Assembly: GCA_963726455.1 (NCBI GenBank)
Contig: CAVSCK010000004.1
Location: 224,001 to 288,000, forward strand
Source: an uncultured bacterium
Lineage (GTDB): Bacteria; Zixibacteria; MSB-5A5; CAIYYT01
Reading direction: 5' to 3'
DNA: 64,000 bases
In this document: one piece after another, positions 37,268 to 47,613 of the stretch
How positions within the stretch are numbered: position 1 is the stretch's first letter
How the letters are laid out: each line of letters begins with the position of its first letter
Translations under genes and position numbers: made by a program
Notes under the pieces: model-generated
Told to the model about the DNA's origin: nothing
What the model saw: only the letters and a program-made list of their open reading frames with translations
The model's database searches: none

Positions 37268-38756
37268 ATGAAAAAGCTCAATATCGTATACGTCGCCAGC
37301 GAGGTGACGCCATACTCTAAAACCGGTGGACTGGCCGATGTGGCAGGCGCATTGCCGCAGGAACTAGCTGCTCTCAAGAACAAGGTTGCCGTATTTTCGC
37401 CGCGATATTCCTCAGTCGACAGAAGCAAATTCAATCTGACCGAAGTCAAGGAAATTGGCTCACCGGCAGTCACGGTTGGTGGCCGGGAATACAAGTTCAG
37501 TCTGTGGAAACGCAATGATAAGACTCCGGGGCTGGAGACATATTTCATCGACAACGCGGAGTTGTTCGGCAGAAACGGCCTCTATCAGGATCCGGTAACT
37601 GTCAAAGATTATCCCGACAATGATATTCGATTTGTGATGTTTGCCAAAGCCGTGCTGCACTCATTGCAGAAATTGGGCTTCCAACCAGACATCATCAATG
37701 CTAACGACTGGCAGAGTTCAATGATCGTGGCGTATCTCAAAACCACCGAAAAGGGCAATTCATTTTTCGCCGGCACCCGGACAGTCATCACAATTCACAA
37801 TGTTGCCTATCAGGGTTTGTTTCCAGCCGAGCGATTCGATGTGCTGGGCGTTGATCGTTCGCTGCTCTATCCGATGTCGCCATTCGAATTCTGGGGCAAA
37901 GTCAATCTGCTGAAGGCCGGGATCGTCTACGCGGACGTGGTCAACACGGTGAGCAAGACTTACGCCGAAGAGATACAAACTACGGACGAATTCGGTTACG
38001 GCTTGGAAGGTGTGTTGCGCGATCGTCGCCGGGACTTGTTCGGAGTGGTAAACGGTGTCGACTACGATCTCTGGTCGCCCGAGCAAGACAAGTTGATCGC
38101 AAAGCAATTTGATCCTGAGACGTTGGACGATAAAGCCGCCAACAAGCAGAAACTGCTGCTGGTTTCCAAGTTGAGCAAAGACAGACTGGACAAACCGCTA
38201 ATCGGCGTAATCAGCCGACTGGCGCCTCAAAAAGGTTTCGATCTTATTGAGGAGATAGCTGCAGAAATTGTTTGCGCTCGATTTTACTTTTGTGCTGCTC
38301 GGTACAGGTGACAAGGTTTATCATAAGCTGTTCGAGAATTTGCAGGCGAAGTATCCTGACCGTATCAAAGCCAATCTGCTGTTCGACAATACGCTGGCGC
38401 ATCAGATAGAGGCAGGCGCCGATATGTTCCTGATGCCCTCCCGCTACGAACCGTGCGGACTGAACCAGCTTTACAGTCTCAAGTACGGCACCGTGCCGAT
38501 TGCCCGCAAAACCGGCGGGTTGGCAGATACGATCTTCGACGAAAGGACCAACAAGGGCAAGGGGACAGGGTTCTTGTTCGAGGAATATAAAGGGGCAGCG
38601 CTCTTGGAGTGTATCGAAACAGCACTGGAATTTTATCGCAACAAACGCAGTTGGAAATCGTTAATGAAGCGCGGCATGAAGAAAGACTTCTCCTGGAAGA
38701 AATCTGCGAAAGAGTACCTCGCGCTATATGAGCGCGCACTCGCGGGCGGGAAGTAA
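37268..38756 (+). CDS. glgA: Glycogen synthase, split by a +1 frameshift at the AAA run 38265-38267
   Basis: KTGGLADV, TIHNVAYQG, ISRLAPQKG in the first ORF; MPSRYEPCGLNQL, KTGGLADT, FSWKKSA in the second. Confidence 0.92.
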
Positions 38757-38856
38757 GTCCTGGATGCCGATAGGGGGGGCAGCGAAACAAGTTCGACCGC
38801 TGCCAGAGCACTTGTCGTTCCAAAGGTCTCAATAATCTGAAATATGCAAAATCTCG

Positions 38857-40818
38857 ATGGGAGGATTTATGGTCTTTAACCAGTACTACTATATAGCGCT
38901 GGGCGTAGTCGCCTTCTTCATAGTCTTCATATTGCCGTCTATCCGCAATATCGGGCAGACCGAAGTGGGCTTGGTGTACAAGCGCTTTTCGAGCAAGAAA
39001 CTTTCGGAAGGAAATCCGATTGCATTCCGAGGCGAGGCGGGATACCAGGCCGAACTACTAATGCCGGGATTTCGGTTCAAATTCTGGGTGCTGTACGGAG
39101 TTCGCAAGTATCCATGGGTTCAGGTACCGGCCGGCGAAATTGGAGTGGTCATCGCGCAGATAGGACAGCCATTGCCCGTCGGCGCCAAATCGGCAATCTA
39201 CAAAGAGGAGTTTGGCAATTTCTCTGACGTTACGAAGTTTGTAACTGCCGGAGGACAGAAGGGCGTGCAACGTCCGGTGTTGCCTCCGGGATCATTGGTA
39301 CCTATCCACCCGGTGGCCTTTCTCGTAATCAACAAAGCGAAAGTGTTCGGCATGCCGGTCGACCCTGATATCCTGCGGAGGGTCAGCCGCGACGAGCGTT
39401 CACTCACACCGACATCTTTCGGGTTGACGCCGCAACAGTTGGAAGTCGTCAGAATCGAACCGAGTCCCTTTGGCGAAAAGGAAGAGGCGGTTGACACCGT
39501 CGGAGTGGTGACAACGTATGAAGGTCCGCCACTGGAAGCCGGTGACATCGCCTGTCGGCTGGGCGGCTTTGAAGATCTGCAAGAGATGGAGCGGCAGGGC
39601 AAAACCGACGCCGACATCATGGAGATTATTCTGGCCAGCAAGAATAATATCCATAACAACTTTCAAGACTTTCAGAAATTTCTCGATTCAGGCGGCAAGA
39701 TCGGCTTGCAGCATGACGTGCTACTTTATGGCGCCTACAACCTGAACCCGTTTCTGGTCAGGGTTGAACTGGTGCCGATGCTGATTATCGAGCAGGGCGA
39801 GGTCGCGGTCATCAAGTCATATGTGGGGCTGGCAACGCAGGACACGTCGGGCTCGACGTTCAAATATGGTTCATTGGTCAGACCGGGACACCGCGGCGTT
39901 TGGCAGGAACCGTTCCGAACCGGCAAGTACGCGATCAATCCGCGCATATATAATCCAGAGATCGTGCCGACGGCGATCCTGACACTGAATTGGGCGGATG
40001 CAACGTCGAAGGCGCATAATCTCGACCGCGAGTTGCGACAGATTGTAGCGAAGTCGCGCGAGGGCTTTATATTCAACATAGATCTGCAGGTGCAGATCCA
40101 TGTTCCGGATACGCTGGCGCCGCGCGTGATTTCGATGGTCGGAACCATGCAAAATCTCGTGAACGAAGTATTGCAGGCGGCGGTCGGCAATCATTTCCGC
40201 GACAAACTGCAGAGTATGCCGGCGGTAGTATTCATTGAGACACGCGGCGAAGTGCAGGCGAAGGCGCTCGAGTTGATAACCGAGAAACTGTCGGTCTATC
40301 AGGTAGAAACGAAGGGAGTCTACATTCAGGATGTAGTCTTCCCGCAAGAACTGGTAAAGGTCTTGACGACGCGCGAAATTGCGAATCAGGAGATCGAAAC
40401 CTACAAGAAAGAGAGAGCCGCACAGGATCAGCGCATCGAGATGGAAGCCGCGCGCGGCACCGCTGATATGCAAAAGGATCTGGCGGCTGCGAGAGTCGGC
40501 GTGGATATTCAGAAGAATAATGCCGAAGCGCGCAAGGCACAGGCGGATGGTGAGGCAACGTATTTGGAAAAAGTTGGTTTGGCAAAAGGCGCCGAACCGC
40601 GCTCGGTGGGATTGGCCAATGCCGAGGCCTATTCCAAACAAGTGCAAGCTCTCGGTATGCAGGGTACGATGTGGGTCAACATCGCTAATGCGCTGTCCAA
40701 GGGCCAACAGCCGTTCATGCCGAATATTCTGGTAGCCGGCAGCGGCGGCAACGCTATTGAGGCGCTTGCCGCAGCACTGACCGGCAAGGTCTCGCAACCA
40801 GAGAAATCAGCGAAATAG
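38857..40818 (+). CDS. SPFH/band 7 (flotillin-like) membrane protein
   Basis: N-terminal TM, SREGFIFNIDLQVQIHV SPFH core, Ala/Glu-rich coiled C-terminus. Confidence 0.85.
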   Translation: MGGFMVFNQYYYIALGVVAFFIVFILPSIRNIGQTEVGLVYKRFSSKKLSEGNPIAFRGEAGYQAELLMPGFRFKFWVLYGVRKYPWVQVPAGEIGVVIAQIGQPLPVGAKSAIYKEEFGNFSDVTKFVTAGGQKGVQRPVLPPGSLVPIHPVAFLVINKAKVFGMPVDPDILRRVSRDERSLTPTSFGLTPQQLEVVRIEPSPFGEKEEAVDTVGVVTTYEGPPLEAGDIACRLGGFEDLQEMERQGKTDADIMEIILASKNNIHNNFQDFQKFLDSGGKIGLQHDVLLYGAYNLNPFLVRVELVPMLIIEQGEVAVIKSYVGLATQDTSGSTFKYGSLVRPGHRGVWQEPFRTGKYAINPRIYNPEIVPTAILTLNWADATSKAHNLDRELRQIVAKSREGFIFNIDLQVQIHVPDTLAPRVISMVGTMQNLVNEVLQAAVGNHFRDKLQSMPAVVFIETRGEVQAKALELITEKLSVYQVETKGVYIQDVVFPQELVKVLTTREIANQEIETYKKERAAQDQRIEMEAARGTADMQKDLAAARVGVDIQKNNAEARKAQADGEATYLEKVGLAKGAEPRSVGLANAEAYSKQVQALGMQGTMWVNIANALSKGQQPFMPNILVAGSGGNAIEALAAALTGKVSQPEKSAK

Positions 40819-40895
40819 CACCGATAAATCAGCTTGCAGGGATAACCAGATGAGGTTGTCCCTGTGAGCAACTTATTTCCCTAACATCCGATACC

Positions 40896-41573
40896 ATGAT
40901 GAAAGGAATCGCAGTGGAACCGTACGTGACAACGAATTCGATTTCGGAAAAGGCAAAGGTTTGGCTGGAAACGATCGCTCCATTCAATACTCACAAAATG
41001 GAACTCAAGAAGGGCAAATCCGCGCTCCTGGTTATCGATATGCAGGAGTTCTTCCTTGATCCAACGTCGCCGACATTCACTTGCGGCGGGCTGGCGATTC
41101 TGCCGAACGTCAAGCGGCTAGTCGACGCGTTCAGGAAGGCCGGTCGCCCAGTGATTTACACCAAGCATGTACATCACCCTGAGGGCTTTGATGCCGGTAT
41201 CATGAAATGGTGGTGGCCCGGAATGTGCCTGGAGGGCAGTCCCGAGAGCGAGGTTCACCGCGAGTTGGCGCCGCTTGACTCCGAAAAGGTTATTAACAAG
41301 CACCGTTACTCGTCTTTTTACAATACTGACCTGGAAACGGTGCTTCGCTGCCTGAAGGTGGAGGATGTGGTCATTTCCGGTATCATGACCAATATGTGTT
41401 GCGAGTCGACGGCGCGGGATGCCTACTATCGCGACTACCGCGTGTACTTTCTGGCCGATGGAACGGGAAGCATCACCGAAGCAATGCATGTTGCCAGTCT
41501 CCTGAATCTGGCGTTCGGGTTTGCTTATGTGTCGAAGACTGAGGACGTGATCAGGCAATTGCAGGATCAATGA
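40896..41573 (+). CDS. Isochorismatase-family cysteine hydrolase
   Basis: ALLVIDMQ, KHRYSSF, GIMTNMCCESTARDA. Confidence 0.92.
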   Translation: MMKGIAVEPYVTTNSISEKAKVWLETIAPFNTHKMELKKGKSALLVIDMQEFFLDPTSPTFTCGGLAILPNVKRLVDAFRKAGRPVIYTKHVHHPEGFDAGIMKWWWPGMCLEGSPESEVHRELAPLDSEKVINKHRYSSFYNTDLETVLRCLKVEDVVISGIMTNMCCESTARDAYYRDYRVYFLADGTGSITEAMHVASLLNLAFGFAYVSKTEDVIRQLQDQ

Positions 41574-41739
41574 TGACACGAAACATCGAACGAATAGCAG
41601 TTTTTGCTTGACAGACTGATCCTTATTCTCTTATTTTGCTGTTGTCGTAGATACATACAATTCGTTTCGCAAACAAGTGACAGCCGGCCTTCGGATTTGG
41701 CTGTTGGCGTACTTTAATCTGTTCTCAGCAGGAGGGTGT

Positions 41740-42711
41740 ATGCACAAACTGCAGTTGCTCGTTGCTTCAGTCGTGACAATCGTGTGCTTGTCAGCGCCGC
41801 TGTTGGCGCAGGACACCGGCATACCCGACACTGTCTACTATGGTGACAACGGCAAGGCCTACGGCTATTCGGGCGGCGTCTTTAGAGTACCAGTGTACGT
41901 AACGTCAGACCAAAGTCTTCAGGGAATCTGTCTTGGCATGGAATTCGGACTCAACACGAGCGGCCTCGTATTTGATTCGCTTTCAAAGTTAGGAAGCATC
42001 TTTTGGAACAACCAGTATTTTGACGTATCCAACCACTTTCTGATGACGAACCTCCTGGGATGTAATCCACCAAATCCGGATACAGTAGGATTCGGCGGTG
42101 CCTCGAATAGTCGGCCTCTTCCGGCTGGAAGGTACAAACTTTGTGATGTGTTCTTTCATGGAGCAAGTATTGGTGACCAGATTGCAGCAGATTCGGCCTG
42201 GTTTCCGCAGGCCGGGAATTTCATATTCGTTCCCTATTCACAGGGCGCCTGGAATGACTACGTTCCCCGATTCGTTGGGGGATCTCTGACAATAGCACAA
42301 GGAACGCCAGAGTTCTTCAGTACGCTTCCGGCGCAGATTAACGGTATTGGCGGCAATGTAGTAACATTCTCATTCGGTGCTGAGGGCACATTTCCGCCGG
42401 TTACGATTGCGCTAGATAGTCTCCGTAAGGTATCGAGTGGCGCGCTGCCGTTTTCCGCACCGGTCTGCGCGACAGGGAATCCAGTGACATTCAACTGGAG
42501 CTCGTTGTATTACGAGGTCGGAACCTGGACCGCGTTCTTCACTGCCACTGACGGCGCGATGCATACTCAGCAACTGACGACTTCTATATTGATGTCTCCC
42601 GGAGCGAATTATGGCGACGCCAACTGCGATGGAGTCATTGATATCTCCGACGTGGTTTACCTGATTGGCTTCATATTTACGCCGGGTTCTCCAGCGCCGT
42701 GTACACAGTGA
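41740..42711 (+). CDS. Secreted protein: cohesin-like domain + Ig-like domain + single dockerin-like repeat
   Basis: GGAGG RBS, signal peptide, FRVPVYV..DQSLQGI..PRFVGGSLTI domain; C-terminal GDANCDGVIDISDVVYLIGFIF..PAPC. Confidence 0.78.
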   Translation: MHKLQLLVASVVTIVCLSAPLLAQDTGIPDTVYYGDNGKAYGYSGGVFRVPVYVTSDQSLQGICLGMEFGLNTSGLVFDSLSKLGSIFWNNQYFDVSNHFLMTNLLGCNPPNPDTVGFGGASNSRPLPAGRYKLCDVFFHGASIGDQIAADSAWFPQAGNFIFVPYSQGAWNDYVPRFVGGSLTIAQGTPEFFSTLPAQINGIGGNVVTFSFGAEGTFPPVTIALDSLRKVSSGALPFSAPVCATGNPVTFNWSSLYYEVGTWTAFFTATDGAMHTQQLTTSILMSPGANYGDANCDGVIDISDVVYLIGFIFTPGSPAPCTQ

Positions 42712-42888
42712 CATAGATGCGCTGGGACTGACATCTCGATTCCCCATACGGAATTGGGCTCAGTCAACCGGGTACCTTCATTTTGGACCAGATATCGGTA
42801 CTGCACAATGGGATAACGTCGTGATCCCTTCCGGAATGAGTCCGGAAGGGATTGCGACAATCCGCTGTCCTGACAGTAAATTATTTTG

Positions 42889-42916
42889 TTGACAGCCGCC
42901 GATTAGACGATATATT
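42889..42916 (+). promoter_or_regulatory. Sigma70 promoter of the tRNA-Gly/tRNA-Cys operon
   Basis: TTGACA-N16-TATATT. Confidence 0.7.
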
Positions 42917-42937
42917 TGGACGCTAGATGCTAGTGAC

Positions 42938-43010
42938 GCGGGAATAGCTCAGTTGGTAGAGCTCTACCTTGCCAAGGTAGTTGTCGCGGGTTCGAGTCCC
43001 GTTTCCCGCT
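42938..43010 (+). tRNA. tRNA-Gly (GCC); CCA not encoded
   Basis: GCGGGAA/TTCCCGC acceptor stem, CTACC-TT-GCC-AA-GGTAG anticodon arm, GGTTCGAGTCC T arm. Confidence 0.97.
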
Positions 43011-43091
43011 CTTTCTTATGCCGGGGTAACTCCTTGGGATTCCAAGGGTACCCGACCAGTAGAAAAGGCGTCGCAACCGTTTAGTCATTCC

Positions 43092-43166
<75 letters not shown>

Positions 43167-43223
43167 ATTCTCCAAGAAGTCTTTGTAAGCTGGAAGGTTG
43201 AGTGATTCTGTCGGCGTGTGCCG

Positions 43224-45623
43224 CTAGTTGCCGATTCCCCACGACAACGTGAAGGCGTTACTGGCATAATGAGATAGCTGCCAGGTGAAATGAATCTGAA
43301 AATTGAAGATGGAAAGAAAAGGGGTCAGGTTGCCGATGCCGAATCCGATTTCGCTGTACGGTGTCGGCGCAGTCTTATAGTGGTCAGCAAAGCCACGATT
43401 CCTGAATTCCGTCCAGAAGGCGCCGCCATGAACACTTAAAGTAAAGGGGATGTTCTTGATGAGAGGCAAATGGCTCTTGCGAAACAGAATCTGCCGAAAA
43501 TCATGTTCAATATAAAGAGACAATCCGCGATCCCCGACAAAGCCCTGCTCATAGACCGTGTAGAAACTCGCGTTTCCGGCAATCGCTCCCGCGCCCGAGA
43601 CGATCTGGTAAAATCTTTGTGGCGGCAGGCCCCGGTCTGATGTCGCTCCATAAAGTGTAAAGGACGTGACGCCAAAGTCGAAGGTACGCTGACGCCGGTA
43701 CAGATAGAGATCGTACTTGTGAAAATCGAGGTCGCTTTTCAGGAATCCGGGCGAAGACGTTTCGACTCCGACGCGGGCTAGCGTGTACTGAACCAGCGGA
43801 CTGACAACGTCTCTGTCCTTGATTCGCGACAGCTTGCGTGAGTCGAATGTCAAACTTGCAGATAGCGAACGCAAGCGGCCATCTGCGATCGGAGGATTGG
43901 GACGATGTTTGCTATCCTGACTCAGTAGACTGTATTGCGTATTGACGCCGACAGATGATTGGCGATAGTCGTTGTAAGTTGCAGTCAGAGTTGTCTGACG
44001 CAGTATTCGGCCCGAGACATGAGCTGTGAGACCGCGCTGGAAATAGTAATCGTACGGATCACGCTTTGCAGTCAGTACGTCGAACGTTGGACTCACCCAA
44101 CCACCCGGCTGCACCGGACGATTGACAATCGCCTGTTGATATTGCGCTCCGACGATTAGCTGATGTTTACGCCAAAGTCGCTGGTCGATGCCGATCGCAT
44201 ATTGTCCATGCTTTTCATTAAATCCATAACCGCCCTTCAACGTCAGCACCGTGCCCGGCCGCAGCCGGTTCAATTCGACCTGCATGCCGAGATAGGGCCC
44301 CTCGACACGATTGAAATGAAAAATGTCGTGGCTGCCGCCAAGCGCCAAATAGAGCGCTCCACCAACTACAGTCAACCCGGTTCGTGTGACTTGCTTGCCG
44401 AACGGCACCGGCGCTTTTTCCAGGGAGTCAATCATCTGATAACCACGAGTTTCTTCGGTCGTCAGGGGAATTGTCTGACGGGAATACCAGGCGGTCGAGT
44501 CGATTTTGTCGGCGTTTTCGGCCACTTCGAAGTCGTAGTCGGAGAATGTGCCCTTGGGATTCCCCCGATCGAAGCTGTAATCATAAAGTGAAGCGTGATG
44601 CTCAAATTTCATGTTGGGAGGCACGCCGGGAAATTTGATATGTACATCGGCCGAGAATCTGATCTCGATCGGCATCCAGTATTCTCTATCCAGTTGCGCG
44701 AAGTGCTGCTGGTAGCGCAAGTTGCTCAGGAAAGGGACCGCGACCGCCTTGTTGACGCCGACATCTACCTCGACCACATCGAATGTTGAATCAACGATGC
44801 TGATATTGCCGACAAATAGCTGATTGGCGTCGTTCTTGGGCTCGATTTCCAGCCGGTAAATCTTGCGATTGTCGACGTAGACGCTGTCTTTGAGATAATA
44901 ATTGTAGTAATCTAGAGCATCTTTCGCTGTAGGGGAGACCAGCGAGTAACGTTCTATGTCGATGCGGTTGCGGTTGAAGTTGAGAATTCTGCCGACGCCG
45001 ACCATATTGGCTTCGGGTGGTAAGTTGGACGATTGTTTGCGCGCCGTGATTACTTCTTTGTATTTGTCCGGTTGTTCCCAGAAGCAGGTGAGTTGAGTTT
45101 CCGTTATCAGCATGATCTTGGCGGAATCCGGTTTCGGCAATTGGCGAACGACCAATTTGGTGTAGGCATCGAATCGGTAGTCATGGATTTTGTCGAGAAT
45201 ATCCTTCTTTCGTTTGATCGCTTCGATGATGATCCTTTGTCCCGGATCGTACTGCTGGTCATAGACGGTGACGGCTCCGATCTGGAGAATTCCGGGCTTC
45301 AAGTAGACATCGTACGCCGCGGTTGTATCGCCGACACTTGCAGCAATCGTCGTTGAGTAGTATCCGATGTGGGTGAACTTGAGCTGATATTGTCCTGGAG
45401 AAAGTATCAGACGGTAGCGGCCCTCCTGATTCACCAGTGCGGATTTGCCGGTCGATATAACCTGCACCGTGACAAAGGGAATCGGTTGACCGTTCGACGT
45501 GTCGTACACGGTGCCTTGAACCAGTGTGCTCTTGATGCCTGCGGGCACTGTCTCGGCCGTAGCGGAGACGATGCCGTGCAAGAGGAAGGTTGTCAGGAAC
45601 GAAGCTAATAGTCTCAAATTCAT
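43224..45623 (-). CDS. Outer membrane protein with carboxypeptidase-regulatory-like N-domain and DUF5686-like beta-barrel
   Basis: Signal peptide; QGTVYD..GQPIPFVTV..FTHIGY; FNRVEG; PYSEIGFGIGN. Confidence 0.8.
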   Translation of the reverse strand: MNLRLLASFLTTFLLHGIVSATAETVPAGIKSTLVQGTVYDTSNGQPIPFVTVQVISTGKSALVNQEGRYRLILSPGQYQLKFTHIGYYSTTIAASVGDTTAAYDVYLKPGILQIGAVTVYDQQYDPGQRIIIEAIKRKKDILDKIHDYRFDAYTKLVVRQLPKPDSAKIMLITETQLTCFWEQPDKYKEVITARKQSSNLPPEANMVGVGRILNFNRNRIDIERYSLVSPTAKDALDYYNYYLKDSVYVDNRKIYRLEIEPKNDANQLFVGNISIVDSTFDVVEVDVGVNKAVAVPFLSNLRYQQHFAQLDREYWMPIEIRFSADVHIKFPGVPPNMKFEHHASLYDYSFDRGNPKGTFSDYDFEVAENADKIDSTAWYSRQTIPLTTEETRGYQMIDSLEKAPVPFGKQVTRTGLTVVGGALYLALGGSHDIFHFNRVEGPYLGMQVELNRLRPGTVLTLKGGYGFNEKHGQYAIGIDQRLWRKHQLIVGAQYQQAIVNRPVQPGGWVSPTFDVLTAKRDPYDYYFQRGLTAHVSGRILRQTTLTATYNDYRQSSVGVNTQYSLLSQDSKHRPNPPIADGRLRSLSASLTFDSRKLSRIKDRDVVSPLVQYTLARVGVETSSPGFLKSDLDFHKYDLYLYRRQRTFDFGVTSFTLYGATSDRGLPPQRFYQIVSGAGAIAGNASFYTVYEQGFVGDRGLSLYIEHDFRQILFRKSHLPLIKNIPFTLSVHGGAFWTEFRNRGFADHYKTAPTPYSEIGFGIGNLTPFLSIFNFQIHFTWQLSHYASNAFTLSWGIGN

Positions 45624-45737
45624 CCTCGCTACATTGGTGCGATGAAGTTTACCTATACGTGACTCATGGCACCGAAGTTTCGCTTGGATTCCGAAATGCT
45701 TGCCGGAAGACAACGAGAGCTTGGCAACATCTGGTGC

Positions 45738-46703
45738 TTACGACTTGGCAACCGTCAGTCTGCTTGCGAGCCGTTTGAGTTTCGGATATCGATGTCGGCA
45801 CACCGTGAACGACTCGCATCTGCGGGCGCCCAATGACTCCTTGAATCTTTCCAGATCGGCCAAATTAAGACTGGTGCCCAAATTGTAATCACTGATGCCG
45901 TTTTCGATCAGATGGCGGATTATCTCGGCGTGCAGCAGGTTGTTGGCTTTCAGATTCCGATGCTCGTAGTCTAAGCCACCGTAAAGGTATCCGCCGGTGC
46001 GCTGATAATGACAAAAGATGGCGCCGGCAATGGCTTTGTCTTCGTGGATTACTAGAGCAATCTTGGCACGTGATCCGGGCATCTCGACCAGTCTCTGCAA
46101 ACGTTCCAGCGAGTGTGGTTGTGTTGCGGTGTTGCGGTCTTTCCAGCGTGAGAAGGACAGCAGATGCACCTGGTAAAATGGTTCCAGCAACTCTCTGCCG
46201 CCGATAGTTACGGTGAGCCCTTTGCGCTGCCCAACACGAACATTGTAGCGTTCGACTTCCGGCCGCATGAACCATTCGTCGAATGTCGTCGGCAAATCAA
46301 CGCGGTGGTACACTTCCCTGCCGGCAGGGAAGAAGTTCAGGGTTTCCCATTTGGCACGGTCACGTTCAAAGTATTCACCCGGGACATCGAGGTTCATCAC
46401 ACAGTTACGGGGCAGTTCCGCCACGACTGACCAGGCGTGATCGTCCATTTCCCTGATTCCCAATAAGCTGTTGACCGACACGCCGGTGTAGACCTCTGAC
46501 TTGGCAATACCAAAGACGGTAGTGTTGTCCTTGGCAACAGGTATCAGAATGCCATCCGACGAGAAGACGTAAGTCCTCTCCCACGAGCGAATCTGTGTCG
46601 CAAAGAACTCCGGTCCACCCAACGACGCCGGCGTAATCGTGGTCTGATCGGCTGCCTGCTGCCATGCAGCTACATGTGAATTGTCAAACTTAGTCAGATT
46701 CAT
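45738..46703 (-). CDS. GNAT-family (FemAB/CelD-like) acyltransferase
   Basis: ERYNVR..RKGL; AIAGAIF..YLYGG..ANNLLH..YNLG..LERFKESLGA. Confidence 0.8.
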   Translation of the reverse strand: MNLTKFDNSHVAAWQQAADQTTITPASLGGPEFFATQIRSWERTYVFSSDGILIPVAKDNTTVFGIAKSEVYTGVSVNSLLGIREMDDHAWSVVAELPRNCVMNLDVPGEYFERDRAKWETLNFFPAGREVYHRVDLPTTFDEWFMRPEVERYNVRVGQRKGLTVTIGGRELLEPFYQVHLLSFSRWKDRNTATQPHSLERLQRLVEMPGSRAKIALVIHEDKAIAGAIFCHYQRTGGYLYGGLDYEHRNLKANNLLHAEIIRHLIENGISDYNLGTSLNLADLERFKESLGARRCESFTVCRHRYPKLKRLASRLTVAKS

Positions 46704-46779
46704 TGTCGTTCTCTTGATTGATAAGATATTGGCTGCTTGTCTGGTCGCAATGTCAAAAAGCGGCGCGGGAGAATGAGAT

Positions 46780-47520
46780 ATGGCTATAAGTAAATTGTCG
46801 GCAGATGTTGCGGAATCACTGCCGCCCGAAGCACCACACAGCGAACAGCATTTCAAATCCTCGGAAACCGTTCGCGACATCGTGATCGGCATGTCCGATG
46901 GCCTGACTGTTCCGTTTGCTCTGGCAGCGGGATTGTCGGGTGCAGTAGCATCTACAGCCATCGTGGTGACTGCCGGTTTTGCGGAGATTGCCGCAGGTTC
47001 AATAGCGATGGGATTAGGCGGCTATCTGGCGGCGCGCACTGATGCTGAGCACTATCACTCTGAAGTACAGCGCGAGATCAGGGAGACGGAACTGGTGCCC
47101 GACAAGGAGGAACAGGAGGTAGCCGATGTGTTTCGCGGCTACGGAATGTCCGAGGATCATATTGCTCCGGTAGTGGAAGCCATCCGATCCGACCAACGTC
47201 GCTGGGTCGATTTCATGATGCGGTTTGAACTCGGCTTGGAGCAGCCCGATCCAAAACGCGCCCGCCGTAGCGCCTGGACAATCGCGCTATCGTATATCGC
47301 CGGCGGCCTGATCCCGCTGATGCCATACTTAGTGTTAAGACATCTTCTGTCGGCCCTCTATTTGTCCGTCGGTGTAACACTCACGGCGCTGTTCCTGTTT
47401 GGCTATGTCAAAGGACGATTCACCGGTCTTAGGCCCTGGCGGGCGGCATTCCAGACTGTTCTGATCGGGGGATTAGCCGCGGCTGCAGCGTTTGCGATTG
47501 CACGGCTCATAAGCGAGTAG
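46780..47520 (+). CDS. VIT1/CCC1 family Fe/Mn transporter
   Basis: VRDIVIGMSDGLTVPFALAAGL, EIAAGSIAMGLGGYL, FMMRFELGL. Confidence 0.95.
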   Translation: MAISKLSADVAESLPPEAPHSEQHFKSSETVRDIVIGMSDGLTVPFALAAGLSGAVASTAIVVTAGFAEIAAGSIAMGLGGYLAARTDAEHYHSEVQREIRETELVPDKEEQEVADVFRGYGMSEDHIAPVVEAIRSDQRRWVDFMMRFELGLEQPDPKRARRSAWTIALSYIAGGLIPLMPYLVLRHLLSALYLSVGVTLTALFLFGYVKGRFTGLRPWRAAFQTVLIGGLAAAAAFAIARLISE

Positions 47521-47613
47521 ACGCTATAATGCATGCGGCTTGACAGGACCGAATCGAAGTGGATTTTTCGCGGATTTTTCCGACAATTAGAGTAAATCTG
47601 AGAGGAGTTCGCT

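Noticed and set aside
39871-40797. Long antisense ORFs (for example 39871..40797, 30550..31350, 16182..16928, 21958..22686, 59279..59992)
   Set aside because: They are shadows of well-supported genes on the opposite strand and have no recognisable motifs.
43022-43054. Hairpin between tRNA-Gly and tRNA-Cys as a separate ncRNA
   Set aside because: Short spacer stem typical of tRNA operon processing; not tRNA-like.
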